Source: Phycisphaerae bacterium
GTDB taxonomy: Bacteria; Planctomycetota; Phycisphaerae; UBA1845
NCBI GenBank assembly: GCA_963666835.2
Contig: CAXXGO010000006.1
Span: forward strand, 1,600,001 to 1,664,000
Length of the DNA: 64,000 nucleotides
Reading direction: 5' to 3'
The notes beneath the pieces were generated by a model that did no database searches, was not told the DNA's origin, and was given only the letters and a program-made list of their open reading frames with translations. Of the stretch, positions 1-9,546 are shown in pieces (position 1 is the stretch's first letter; the number at the start of each line of letters is the position of its first letter). Made by a program: the position numbers and the translations under genes.

Positions 1-3000
1 CGAAGACCCCATGCTGTTCAACATCACGTTCTACGAGGACGTTGCCGGGGCGCCGGGTGCGGCGGTCTGTGACTACGACATGTGGCTCTCGGGTACGGCT
101 ACGGGTGAGAACTTCAACGGCATTTTCGACATGTACGAGTACGAGGCCGTTCTGCCGACCTCGTGCATGCTGTTTGATGGTTGGATCTCGATTCAGGGTG
201 CCGGCGATCCGTATTGCTGGTTCCTGTGGATGGGTTCGCCGCCTGCCAATGGCGACGGTTCTTCTCTGGTCGATGACGGTGCCGGCATCACGTCGTACGA
301 GCATGACATGAGCTTCTGCCTGACCGGCGAGGAAATGATGTTCTTCGGAGCGTGCTGCGAAGACGTAACCAGCACCTGCGAAGACTGCGTCCTGATGGGC
401 GAGTGCGCCGGCCGTTACGAGGTCAACATGACCTGTGACGACCTTGACCCGGCTTGCGGTGACGCGACCGGTGCTTGCTGCATGCCCGACGGAAGCTGTG
501 CGGAGATGAAGGAAGTTGATTGCCTGGCCGCCAGCGGCGAGTACATGGGCAACTTCATCGTCTGCCCGGCTGATCCGTGCGAGCTTTGCGGTATTGTTTG
601 CCCGGCCGGAGCGTCGGCTGAGGGTGAGGAAGTCTGCTACGATGAGTACGACGACGTCACCAACGGTGGCTGCAACAGTACGGTTCCGGTGTTCGGTACG
701 GTCTCCGCCGGCGAGACGATCTGCGGCGATGCCGGTACGTTCACGGTCGGAGGTTCGGATAACCGTGACACCGACTGGTACGCGTACACCGCGACGGCTG
801 ATGAGCAGTTGACCTGGACGGTCAAGGCCGAGTTCCCGGTCATCATCTTCCTGGTTGAGCACGGTGACTGTTCCGATCCGACGATCATCCTGAATGCGTC
901 GGCCGACGCCTGTCAGGAAGTCTCGATTTCGTCCTGTGTCACGGCCGGTGAGTACTCGCTGTTGGTGATGCCTTCGGTCTTCACCGGTGTTGAGTGCGGC
1001 TCCGGTTACGTGGCCAATCTCGAAGTCGGCGCTTGCCCGACGGGTGCCTGCTGTGACTACGGCGTTTGCACGCCCGACATGACCATGCCGGGTTGCTTCG
1101 CAGCCGGTGGCGAGCTGTGGGGCGAGGGTCTCTCTTGCGACCCGAATCCCTGCCCGCAGCCTCCGGACAATGATCACTGTGACAACGCGGAAGCCGTCAC
1201 GGCTCCGGCGACGATCTTCGTCAACAACGATCTCGCTGATGATGATACGACGCCGACCTGCGTGACCAGTGCTCCGGGGCACGGCGTGTGGTACTCGGTT
1301 GTCGGTACTGGTAACACGATGACCGTCTCGACCTGTGGTGCGGGAACTGACTTCGATACGAAGCTTCAGGTCTTCTGCGACTGCAACCCGATGGTCTGCG
1401 TGACGGGTAACGACGATGACTCGTCTTGCTCGTACAGCTCGCTGCAATCGACTGCTTCGTGGTGCACCGAAGTTGGCCAGACGTACTACGTCCACGTTGG
1501 TGGCTACAGCACCAACTCGGGCAACATCGAGTTCTCGATTGTGGATGATGGCGCGGTATGCCCGGAACCGGTCGACTGCACGGTTCCGACCGGTGCGTGC
1601 TGTGTAGCCGGCGTATGTGCCGCGACGAACACCGCTCCCGAATGTGACGGGCTCGGTGGGACGTGGTTCGATGGTGAGGATTGTGCGACGTTCACCTGCC
1701 CGGTTCCGGGTGGAGAGACCTGTGCGAACGGGATTCTGGTGAACGTGCCGGCGGATCTCGACTACTCGAGCTTCAACACGACGTGCGGTCGCGGTGACGA
1801 TTACGGCAGCAACAGCACGTGCCTCGGCGGTTATGATAACAACGAGGACATCATCTACGAGCTGAATGTCACCGAGGACACCTGCGTTAACATCACGCTG
1901 ACTAATGCCGGCGCTGGTGAGTACATGGGTATTGCGGTTGACAGTGCTTGCCCGCCGGGCGCGACCTGCTTCGCGTACAACCTGTACGGTGATCCGGACG
2001 TTCTTGAGGGTCTCGAGCTTACCACGGGTACGTGGTACATCATGATGGACAGCCCGTCGTACAGTGACTGCGACCTGTTCAATCTTGAGATCACGCCTTG
2101 TCCGCCGCCGTGTGACATCACGTGTGACGCCGGGGCGACGCCGGAAGGTGAGCCGGTGTGCTACGACGATTACGACGACGTGTACAACGGTGGCTGCAAC
2201 AGCACCGTTCCGGTTTATAGCACAATCGCTGTTGACGAGACCATTTGTGGTGAGGCCGGTACATTCACGTTTGACGATGGCAGCGGTCCGGCCAACTATC
2301 GTGATACCGACTGGTATCAGTTCGATCTGGCCGAGCTGTCGGATTGCACGATTACCATCGAGGCGGAGTTCGACGTCCTCGCCGGGTTCGTGGATATCCC
2401 GGGTGGCGATTGTTCCGCGGCTGCGTTCATCACGTCCGGCACCGCCGCCGACTGCACGGTTCTCGAAGTGAGTGCCGCGCTTCCGGCAGGTACCAACACG
2501 ATCTTCGCGGGCCCGTCGGTCTTCGAGGGTGTGACCTGTGGGGCGGAGTATCAGATGACTCTGACCTGCGATCCGGTCGTGGTAACCGCTGGTGACAACT
2601 GTGGTGACCCGATGCCGGTTTCGATCGCTGTCGCGGATCTGCCGTACGTCGATGCCAGCCAGACGAACTGTGGCCGCCTCGACAACTATGATGATGCCAG
2701 CACAACACACTGTCTGTACTACTACGACAGTGGTGAGGACATGATCTATGAGTTGACGATTACTGAGGCGATGGACATCACGCTTACGTTGGATCCGAAG
2801 GGGACGACGTATGGCGGCGTGGCCATTGGCGATGCTTGCCCGCCGACGGATTCGTGCATCGTGGCGGTGTACGACAGCAGTGGTAACCCGAAGACCACGG
2901 AGTGCACGCACTTCGAGCCGGGCGTCTATTACATCCAGGTCGACACCTGGTCCTCGCCGGATTGCCTGCCGGACTTCGATCTGACGATCGATGCCTGCAC

Positions 3001-4231
3001 GCCGCCGATGGGAGCATGCTGCACCGATGACGGCGCAACGTGCAACGATACGCTTGAGGCCGATTGTGCCGGTGACTGGTACGAGGGCGAAGAGTGTGCC
3101 ACGTTTACGTGCCCGCTGCCGGCCTACTGTGAGCCGTGCTTCTCGAACGATACGGACGAGCAGATCACGAACGTGACGTTCGCCGGTATCGACAACACCA
3201 CTGGTTTCGAAGGCGATCCTTGCAGCTACGGCGATTACACCGCGATGGCGGCGACCGTGTCTCAGGGCGGCACCTACAACCTGGCGGTGACGTTCGATTC
3301 GGGTTCGTACACCGAGTGCGTCCAGGCCTGGTTCGACTGGAACGGTGACCTCGACTTCGACGATGCCGGGGAGTACTACGATCTCGGCGATGCGGCCTCG
3401 ACTACGCTGGATATGGACATCACCGTTCCGGCGACGGCGGTGGTCGGTGACACCCGGATGCGCGTAATGGTGGATTACAGCACCTGCGCGACCGTGTGCG
3501 AAACCACGTCGTACGGTGAGGCCGAGGACTACACGGTCTCGATCTCGGCCAAGAGCGTCAGCTACGGTGCCTGGGATGACACTGATACCGATGGTTATCC
3601 GGACTTCTGCGACAACTGCCCGTTCGACTACAACGATGGGCAGGAGGACGCGGACGGCGACTTCGTCGGTGACATCTGCGATAACTGCGAGAACGACGCG
3701 AACCCGCGGGTTTGCAGCGTTAGCGGTGATCCGTGTCAGCTCGACGATGAGTGCCCGGCCGGTGAGGTCTGTGAGCAGGTCGATACCGATAGTGATACTC
3801 TCGGCGACGTCTGTGACAACTGCCCGGTGAATCCGAATCCGGGTCAGGAAGACGGCGACGGTGACGGCGTCGGTAACGTCTGTGACAACTGCGGCAGCAC
3901 GCCGAACCCGGGTCAGGAAGATGCTGACGGCGACGATTTCGGTGATGCCTGTGACAACTGCCCGCTCGATGATATGAAGACAGAGCCGGGTCAGTGCGGT
4001 TGTGGCGAAGGCCCGATGTGCGGCTTCAACGTCGAGTGTGACGAGGATGCCGACGGCGTCTCGGATTGCATCGATGCTTGCCCGTTCGGCGAGTGGGATC
4101 CGGAGATGGACGGCTTCGAGGGCTGTGACGATGCGATCCCGACGATGTCGCAGTGGGGTCTGGTCGTTATGGCGCTGTTGTTGTTGGTTGCCGGAAAGGT
4201 GTACTTCGGCCGTCGGACGGCGAGGGCCTAA
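1..4231 (+). CDS. Large Cys/Asp-rich extracellular protein with repeated modules, GEVED domain, thrombospondin type-3 Ca-binding repeats and IPTL-CTERM sorting signal (5'-truncated by the window edge)
   Basis: Frame is open from the window start. Five GACC Cys motifs; duplicated NGGCNS...RDTDWY and CGR.D.Y...ED.IYEL modules; GEAEDYTV; DGDGVGNVCDNC-type repeats; C-terminus IPTMSQWGLVVMALLLLVAG..GRRTARA. Confidence 0.85.
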   Translation, partial: EDPMLFNITFYEDVAGAPGAAVCDYDMWLSGTATGENFNGIFDMYEYEAVLPTSCMLFDGWISIQGAGDPYCWFLWMGSPPANGDGSSLVDDGAGITSYEHDMSFCLTGEEMMFFGACCEDVTSTCEDCVLMGECAGRYEVNMTCDDLDPACGDATGACCMPDGSCAEMKEVDCLAASGEYMGNFIVCPADPCELCGIVCPAGASAEGEEVCYDEYDDVTNGGCNSTVPVFGTVSAGETICGDAGTFTVGGSDNRDTDWYAYTATADEQLTWTVKAEFPVIIFLVEHGDCSDPTIILNASADACQEVSISSCVTAGEYSLLVMPSVFTGVECGSGYVANLEVGACPTGACCDYGVCTPDMTMPGCFAAGGELWGEGLSCDPNPCPQPPDNDHCDNAEAVTAPATIFVNNDLADDDTTPTCVTSAPGHGVWYSVVGTGNTMTVSTCGAGTDFDTKLQVFCDCNPMVCVTGNDDDSSCSYSSLQSTASWCTEVGQTYYVHVGGYSTNSGNIEFSIVDDGAVCPEPVDCTVPTGACCVAGVCAATNTAPECDGLGGTWFDGEDCATFTCPVPGGETCANGILVNVPADLDYSSFNTTCGRGDDYGSNSTCLGGYDNNEDIIYELNVTEDTCVNITLTNAGAGEYMGIAVDSACPPGATCFAYNLYGDPDVLEGLELTTGTWYIMMDSPSYSDCDLFNLEITPCPPPCDITCDAGATPEGEPVCYDDYDDVYNGGCNSTVPVYSTIAVDETICGEAGTFTFDDGSGPANYRDTDWYQFDLAELSDCTITIEAEFDVLAGFVDIPGGDCSAAAFITSGTAADCTVLEVSAALPAGTNTIFAGPSVFEGVTCGAEYQMTLTCDPVVVTAGDNCGDPMPVSIAVADLPYVDASQTNCGRLDNYDDASTTHCLYYYDSGEDMIYELTITEAMDITLTLDPKGTTYGGVAIGDACPPTDSCIVAVYDSSGNPKTTECTHFEPGVYYIQVDTWSSPDCLPDFDLTIDACTPPMGACCTDDGATCNDTLEADCAGDWYEGEECATFTCPLPAYCEPCFSNDTDEQITNVTFAGIDNTTGFEGDPCSYGDYTAMAATVSQGGTYNLAVTFDSGSYTECVQAWFDWNGDLDFDDAGEYYDLGDAASTTLDMDITVPATAVVGDTRMRVMVDYSTCATVCETTSYGEAEDYTVSISAKSVSYGAWDDTDTDGYPDFCDNCPFDYNDGQEDADGDFVGDICDNCENDANPRVCSVSGDPCQLDDECPAGEVCEQVDTDSDTLGDVCDNCPVNPNPGQEDGDGDGVGNVCDNCGSTPNPGQEDADGDDFGDACDNCPLDDMKTEPGQCGCGEGPMCGFNVECDEDADGVSDCIDACPFGEWDPEMDGFEGCDDAIPTMSQWGLVVMALLLLVAGKVYFGRRTARA

Positions 4232-4269
4232 TTCGGGTCCAATCGCCTAACGGCGAATAGTCTCTAACC

Positions 4270-4320
4270 CTCCCGCCCTCGGAGGCCGGTATCATCGGCC
4301 CCGGGGGCGGGAGCTTTTTT
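4270..4320 (+). terminator. Rho-independent terminator
   Basis: CTCCCGCCCTCGGAGGCCG/CGGCCCCGGGGGCGGGAG stem followed by a T run, ~40 nt after the stop codon. Confidence 0.8.
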
Positions 4321-4507
4321 ACCGAGTCGGGTCCCAAGGGTGGAGTCGATTGAACCTCAAACGGGGCTCACAAGCCGAACGCCGCTGTTCAACCGTTGAA
4401 GCGTCGGCGGGGAAGTGGGGCTGTGCCCCAGGGTGGCGCTCCGCGGTTACGCCGCTTCACTTGCCCTGTGATGCGTTGTTGAACGCCCGCGGCGTACGTT
4501 CATCCTC

Positions 4508-4594
4508 GTAGGGCAGGTCGAGGTACGAGACCTGCCACAAAGGCTCGCGATGCGCGAAGACCGCGGCAGGTCTCGTACCTCGACGCTGCCCTAC
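4508..4594. repeat. GTAG-type REP doublet (REPIN-like inverted pair)
   Basis: GTAGGGCAGGTCGAGGTACGAGACCTGCC (4508-4536) and an inverted copy (4565-4594); third copy at 50966. Confidence 0.8.
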
Positions 4595-4646
4595 AGGACA
4601 GCCGGATTGGCTTGACGGCGGGGTTCGCCGCGGCTACGTAGACGGC

Positions 4647-4940
4647 ATGCCCGAATACACACGGCATCAGCAGAAGATCATCGAGCGGTACTATGACCGG
4701 CGTGACGAGATCATGCTCTCCAAGCTCGGGGAGATCGTCACGGAGCTGTTCCTGGCCGAGGATGAGGCGAAGGCGAAGCCGTTGTGGGAGCGGGCGGCCA
4801 AGGCCATGCGCGCCCTTCGCATTCCGGAAAGTATTTCAAGTCATATTACCAGTCAACGCGATCCCGAGACCCTGGCGCGGAACCTCAAACAATGGCTGGC
4901 CGCAGCTCAGCGGGGCGGAAGCGATCCTGCCCCTCGATAG
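4647..4940 (+). CDS. Small helical hypothetical protein
   Basis: 97-aa ORF with protein-like composition and ATG start. Confidence 0.7.
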   Translation: MPEYTRHQQKIIERYYDRRDEIMLSKLGEIVTELFLAEDEAKAKPLWERAAKAMRALRIPESISSHITSQRDPETLARNLKQWLAAAQRGGSDPAPR

Positions 4941-5229
4941 GAGAGCCCTTTTCGCAGCACAGGCATTAGCTGTTGATCGGGTTCGAGCTCTGCGGCGCGG
5001 TGCGCGTGTTCGGTGGGGTTATCGGAGTGTGGGGGAGGAGGGACTCCGATCCGACTGGTCGGCGGACACGTACGTTCCCTGCGAATAATGCCCTGCAAGC
5101 ATCGAATCTACTTCTGATCGCACAGAGTGCCTAGGAGGCTCTGTTTTAACGCGGTCACGGCCGGTTCGTTTTGAGCCGGTGGGCGAGCCGACTATCATCG
5201 TCATAGTGGGCTTTGAACAGGAGACGCAG

Positions 5230-6831
5230 ATGCTCAGCCAGTTGCTATTCGTCCGGTTGAAGGCGGCCGAGAACGCCCTTCGAGACGGTCGGCTGGACGA
5301 GGCCTATCGGCTGGCCGGTGCTCCGGACCTGCGGGGGCATCGGCGTGGTGCCGCGGTGTTGACCGCCCTAACTGAGAAGTTCATCGAAAGGGCTCGGGTT
5401 CACTATCGAGCGGACCGGTTCGTCGAGGCGCTGGCGGATCTGGATCGTGCCGAATCCGGGGGTGTACTGGCCGAGGAGATTGCGGAGCTGCGCGGCCATG
5501 TGTTGACGGTTCAAGCCGAGCAGCAGAGGCAGGATCAATCTCGCCGTGACCGATTGAAGGCCGCCAAGCGCCGGATTGAGGGGGGCTCTTTAGCTGCGGG
5601 ACGCAAGATACTGGAAGAGGCTAGCGAGGGGGACCGCCCGGCGTTGGAGCTTCGCCGCAACGCGGAGGTTCGTGCGAAAGATGCCCAGGAGTGTGTCGAT
5701 GCGGCGTTGGCGTTGATCGGGCAAGGGCAACTTGCCGCGGCGGCGGATCGGATCCGCCGCGGCCGGTCTATAGACGGCCACAACGAAGGTGTGGCCCGTG
5801 CCGAGACCACGTTGTGCGGTTTGGTTATTGAGGCGGCGCGGCGGGCGATTGACGAGGGTCGATTGAGTCGCGCGGCTGACGAGTTGGCTTGTCTGGGCAA
5901 GCTCGGTGATCGCCTTCCGGAGAAGTGCGAGGTTACGGATCTGTTAGCGCTAGCCCGACAGGCGGCGGGATGTGTGAAGTCGAACGATTACGCGGAAGCC
6001 CGCCGGCATGTTATGAGCCTGCAGCGGTTCTCACCGAAGGCGAAGTGGGTGGCGGCGGCAGTGGAGCAGTTGCGGCAGTTGAATGAGTTACGTATGGCGC
6101 TTCGGGCCGGGCCTTTGGGAGATCTGTCGGACCAAGTGGATCTTAAGGGCCCGGACGGTGAGGCGGTGGAGGGCAAGTCTGCCGCTTTGGATGACACGGT
6201 GGCGATTCCGTCGCGGCCGGCGTCTTCGAAGGGGTTGCCGGATCGCTTGCTGTTGCTGGTCGACGGCGGCGGCAGTTTCTTGATCCTCCGCGGAAATGTC
6301 GGGACGATCGGGCGGGTGGCGACCGGGAATCCGGCGGATGTGGCGGTATTCAGCGATATAGCGGAGCGTCACGCTAACGTCACTCGGGTAGACGACGACT
6401 ATTTCCTTTTTGCCACGCGGGATGTCGAGATCGGCGGCTGCAAAACGCGTCAGCAGCTTCTTCGAGATGGTGATCGGATGATGTTCGGCAGGAAGGCTAA
6501 GATGACCTTTCGCCTGCCGAGCCGTAAGAGTCCGACGGCCGTTCTGGACTTGAGTGATACTACGAAGATGCCGAACGATGTGCGGCGGGTTGTGCTTTTC
6601 AACCATCATGCCACCATCGGCCCCGGGTCGACGGCCCACATTCATTGCCGACATGCCGTGCCGCCGTTGGTTCTGTTCGAGCGCGGCGGGGCGTTGTGGA
6701 TTCGCCCGCATAACGACGGGCATGTAGATACGGAGGCGCGCCGGTTGACAATCGGAGAGCCGATCGAAGTCGGCGGAGCCGGTCTGGTGCTGGAGCCGTG
6801 GAAAATCCGGACGCCGGGTCCGTCGGTGTAG
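5230..6831 (+). CDS. Helical/TPR-like repeat protein with C-terminal FHA-like domains
   Basis: Ala/Leu/Arg-rich helical N-terminal region; IGR...ERHANV...LRDGD..FG FHA-like motif; next to a Ser/Thr kinase. Confidence 0.75.
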   Translation: MLSQLLFVRLKAAENALRDGRLDEAYRLAGAPDLRGHRRGAAVLTALTEKFIERARVHYRADRFVEALADLDRAESGGVLAEEIAELRGHVLTVQAEQQRQDQSRRDRLKAAKRRIEGGSLAAGRKILEEASEGDRPALELRRNAEVRAKDAQECVDAALALIGQGQLAAAADRIRRGRSIDGHNEGVARAETTLCGLVIEAARRAIDEGRLSRAADELACLGKLGDRLPEKCEVTDLLALARQAAGCVKSNDYAEARRHVMSLQRFSPKAKWVAAAVEQLRQLNELRMALRAGPLGDLSDQVDLKGPDGEAVEGKSAALDDTVAIPSRPASSKGLPDRLLLLVDGGGSFLILRGNVGTIGRVATGNPADVAVFSDIAERHANVTRVDDDYFLFATRDVEIGGCKTRQQLLRDGDRMMFGRKAKMTFRLPSRKSPTAVLDLSDTTKMPNDVRRVVLFNHHATIGPGSTAHIHCRHAVPPLVLFERGGALWIRPHNDGHVDTEARRLTIGEPIEVGGAGLVLEPWKIRTPGPSV

Positions 6832-6840
6832 GATGGGCCG

Positions 6841-6940
6841 CTCTCCTTGAAGGGAGGGGCTCAGACGCTATCTGTTGCCCTCCTTGAAAGGAGGGGCTCG
6901 GGTGCCGTGGGTTGCCCTCCTTGAAAGGAGGGGCTCGGGT
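6841..6940. repeat. Three tandem palindromic units CCCTCCTTGAAAGGAGGGGCTC
   Basis: Identical 30-bp copies at 6874-6903 and 6911-6940, and a variant at 6841-6862. Confidence 0.85.
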
Positions 6941-7053
6941 CCCATGAGAATCCGGACGCCGGGTTCGTCAGTATAGAATGGAGCGACGTACCGATCTCCA
7001 GCCGTTGCGTGGGGATCAGGACAACCGACTGGCACTGTTATAAGTAGCAGATC

Positions 7054-9333
7054 ATGCCCTATACGTTCAAACATGGCGACCGTCCACTGGACGATTTTAC
7101 GATCCAACGTGCCGTCGGCAGCGGAGGATTCGGGGAAGTCTACTATGCCGTCAGCGACGGCGGGCGGGAAGTGGCCCTTAAGTACCTCAAATCCAATCCG
7201 CAAGTGGAACTCCGCGGCGTAAGCCATTGCATCAATCTCAAGAGCCCGCACCTGGTGTCGATCTTCGATGTGAAGAAGAGTGCGGACGGCGAGTACTTCA
7301 TTGTCATGGAATATTGCTCCGGGCCGTCATTGCGAGACCTGCTGATCGCCGAGCCGAGCGGTTTTGACGCCCAGAAGGCGGCGTTCTTCCTCCGGGAACT
7401 CGGTAAGGGGCTGGCGTATTTGCATGATCGGGGCATCGTGCACCGGGATCTCAAACCGGGCAACATCTTCTACGATGACGGCTATGTGAAGATCGGTGAT
7501 TACGGGCTGAGCAAGTTCATCTCGGTGTCCCGGCACAGCGCCCAGACAGCCAGCGTCGGCACGGTGCATTACATGGCGCCGGAGATCGGCAGCGGGGATT
7601 ACTCGCGAAGCGTGGACATCTATGCGATGGGGGTGATGTTCTACGAGATGCTGATGGGGAAGGTCCCCTTCGAGGGTTCGACCATGGCGGAGGTGCTTAT
7701 GAAGCACCTGACCACCCAGCCGGAACTGGATGATCTGCCGCACCCGTTTGGAGAGGTAATCCGCAAAGCGCTGGCGAAGGACCCGAAAGATCGCTATCAG
7801 AATGCCGGGGAGATGATCGAAGCGCTTATGGAGGTCGAGGACGTTAGAAAGAGCCTGGATGGGTTCAGCCCGCAGAGTCTCGCGGGGGCGGTCCGCAATG
7901 GCGAGGTGCGTCATGTTCGCCCGCCGATGCCGTCGCCTAATCCCGTTCGGGAGGAGTTGCCTCCGTTTGCCAAACCGATCGCGCCGGAGCATTGGCGGAA
8001 CCGGCCCCGCGGTGTGCCGGGGACTCCACCGCCGCTGCCCGATCGGATTGCCAAGCGCTTCGACCGGGTGTCGAATCGAGTCGAGCAGCGGATGGCGAAA
8101 CTTGCACGGAAAGCTCGGGGACGTCAGGTATCACCGCCTGAGCCCGGAAGGGTGGCTTCGCCCGCGGCCGCACACACGAGTCGTCCTCACCGGACTGCTT
8201 TCCCGGTCTTCTTGCTGGTAGCATCATCTGTCGGGTTGGGGCTCATCGTGGGCAACACCTTGGATTGTTGGCAGAGCGATGTGGCGGGGGCTGCGGCGGG
8301 ACTGATGGCGGGGGCGCTGTCGCTCGGGGTCATGCTCTCGCGATGGGCTGTGGGTTGGTTCGGGGTCGAGTATGGCAAGAATTGGGCCTCGCGAGTCGTT
8401 CATGCGGGATGCTGCGCACCATTATTGGCCATCGGGGCGGCCCCCATGTTTGACACGGCTGAGCTATCGCAAGCCGGGCTAAGCATGTGGTTCGGGTTGC
8501 TGGCCGTGGCAGGCTTGGCTGATTGGAAGAAGCATTTTCAGTCAGGGGCTTCGGGCGAACTTTGCTTCCGTGGGGCGCTTTGGGTGGCGGTCGGCGGACT
8601 GCTTGCCACGATGGTGGCCGGGGGCTTCGCTGACCGAGAACCCGATTGCTTTGCGTTGATTGCCGCAGCGATCGCCGGGATCGCTGCGCTGGTGGCTCAG
8701 GCGGTAGGAGGGCGGCGTGTTCCTCAAGCGGAAGCTGTGGCCGGACCGCCCGGTGAGGCAGAAGGCGTGGAGCAAGCCGCGAAACTCGGGGTGCCTTTGT
8801 CGCCGTCGTCGGATGCGAGCCCGGCGGACGCGCCATGCGATATTGAGGAGTCTTCGGAGGATCCTCTGGCTAGGCGGAGGCGGTGGGATTTCACGCGCGG
8901 GTGCTGGGGGATATTATCTTTTTTGCTCATGGGGGGGGCCGTGATTACGGCGCTGCTCGCCGCGATCGGGGATAGCTTCTGTTATGAGGACAAGACCGGG
9001 TTACTAGTCGGGTGCATGGCGTGCATCTCCGTGATGGTCTTCACCATCCGCAAAACCACGCCGGTAAAGCAACTGGGGTTCGCTCGGGAGTGGTTCAGGC
9101 CGTTTCTTGTGACGGTGGCGCTCTTCGGTGTGTTCAGTTTGACCGTGACAATCACGAGGCATTGGTCCGGACTGTCCGGCGACGAGCGGGCGTTGGTGGT
9201 GGCCGGCTCAATCATTTCGGGCATATTGCTGCTTATCTCGTTTGTCTGGGGTATCGTTCAGGCACGTCCCCGTCCGTTCCTTGTCGGTGACGGGTCGGAG
9301 GCAGAAGCGCAGATCCCCAACGGCGAGGTATGA
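7054..9333 (+). CDS. Hanks-type Ser/Thr protein kinase with multi-pass membrane C-terminus
   Basis: GSGGFGEVY, VALK, HRDLKPGN, DYG, YMAPE motifs; Pro-rich linker; many hydrophobic segments. Confidence 0.92.
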   Translation: MPYTFKHGDRPLDDFTIQRAVGSGGFGEVYYAVSDGGREVALKYLKSNPQVELRGVSHCINLKSPHLVSIFDVKKSADGEYFIVMEYCSGPSLRDLLIAEPSGFDAQKAAFFLRELGKGLAYLHDRGIVHRDLKPGNIFYDDGYVKIGDYGLSKFISVSRHSAQTASVGTVHYMAPEIGSGDYSRSVDIYAMGVMFYEMLMGKVPFEGSTMAEVLMKHLTTQPELDDLPHPFGEVIRKALAKDPKDRYQNAGEMIEALMEVEDVRKSLDGFSPQSLAGAVRNGEVRHVRPPMPSPNPVREELPPFAKPIAPEHWRNRPRGVPGTPPPLPDRIAKRFDRVSNRVEQRMAKLARKARGRQVSPPEPGRVASPAAAHTSRPHRTAFPVFLLVASSVGLGLIVGNTLDCWQSDVAGAAAGLMAGALSLGVMLSRWAVGWFGVEYGKNWASRVVHAGCCAPLLAIGAAPMFDTAELSQAGLSMWFGLLAVAGLADWKKHFQSGASGELCFRGALWVAVGGLLATMVAGGFADREPDCFALIAAAIAGIAALVAQAVGGRRVPQAEAVAGPPGEAEGVEQAAKLGVPLSPSSDASPADAPCDIEESSEDPLARRRRWDFTRGCWGILSFLLMGGAVITALLAAIGDSFCYEDKTGLLVGCMACISVMVFTIRKTTPVKQLGFAREWFRPFLVTVALFGVFSLTVTITRHWSGLSGDERALVVAGSIISGILLLISFVWGIVQARPRPFLVGDGSEAEAQIPNGEV

Positions 9334-9546
9334 AGGAGCCGGCGGATGCAGATCGGATTGTCGAGCCGGCTTGAAGAGGATCTTTCGGAGTCAATCTGTC
9401 CGCGGGCTTGAGGAGAACGCGGGCCTGTAGCTTACCGACGCCGATCGTCGTAACATGCGGGAAGAACCGGTGTCCGAAGATGGTGTTTCGGCCCGGTGGT
9501 AACGGGCGGTTCGTTCGGTGATTCTGGGCGGCAGGTGGGCGCGGCA

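Noticed and set aside
4340..4500. Degenerate CCCAGGGT...CCCTG hairpin region resembling another intergenic repeat
   Set aside because: Single, degenerate occurrence in the window; cannot be supported as a repeat here
6841..6940. Possible mini CRISPR array
   Set aside because: Only 7 bp separate the identical units, there are just three units, and no cas genes are present; it fits REP-like tandem palindromes
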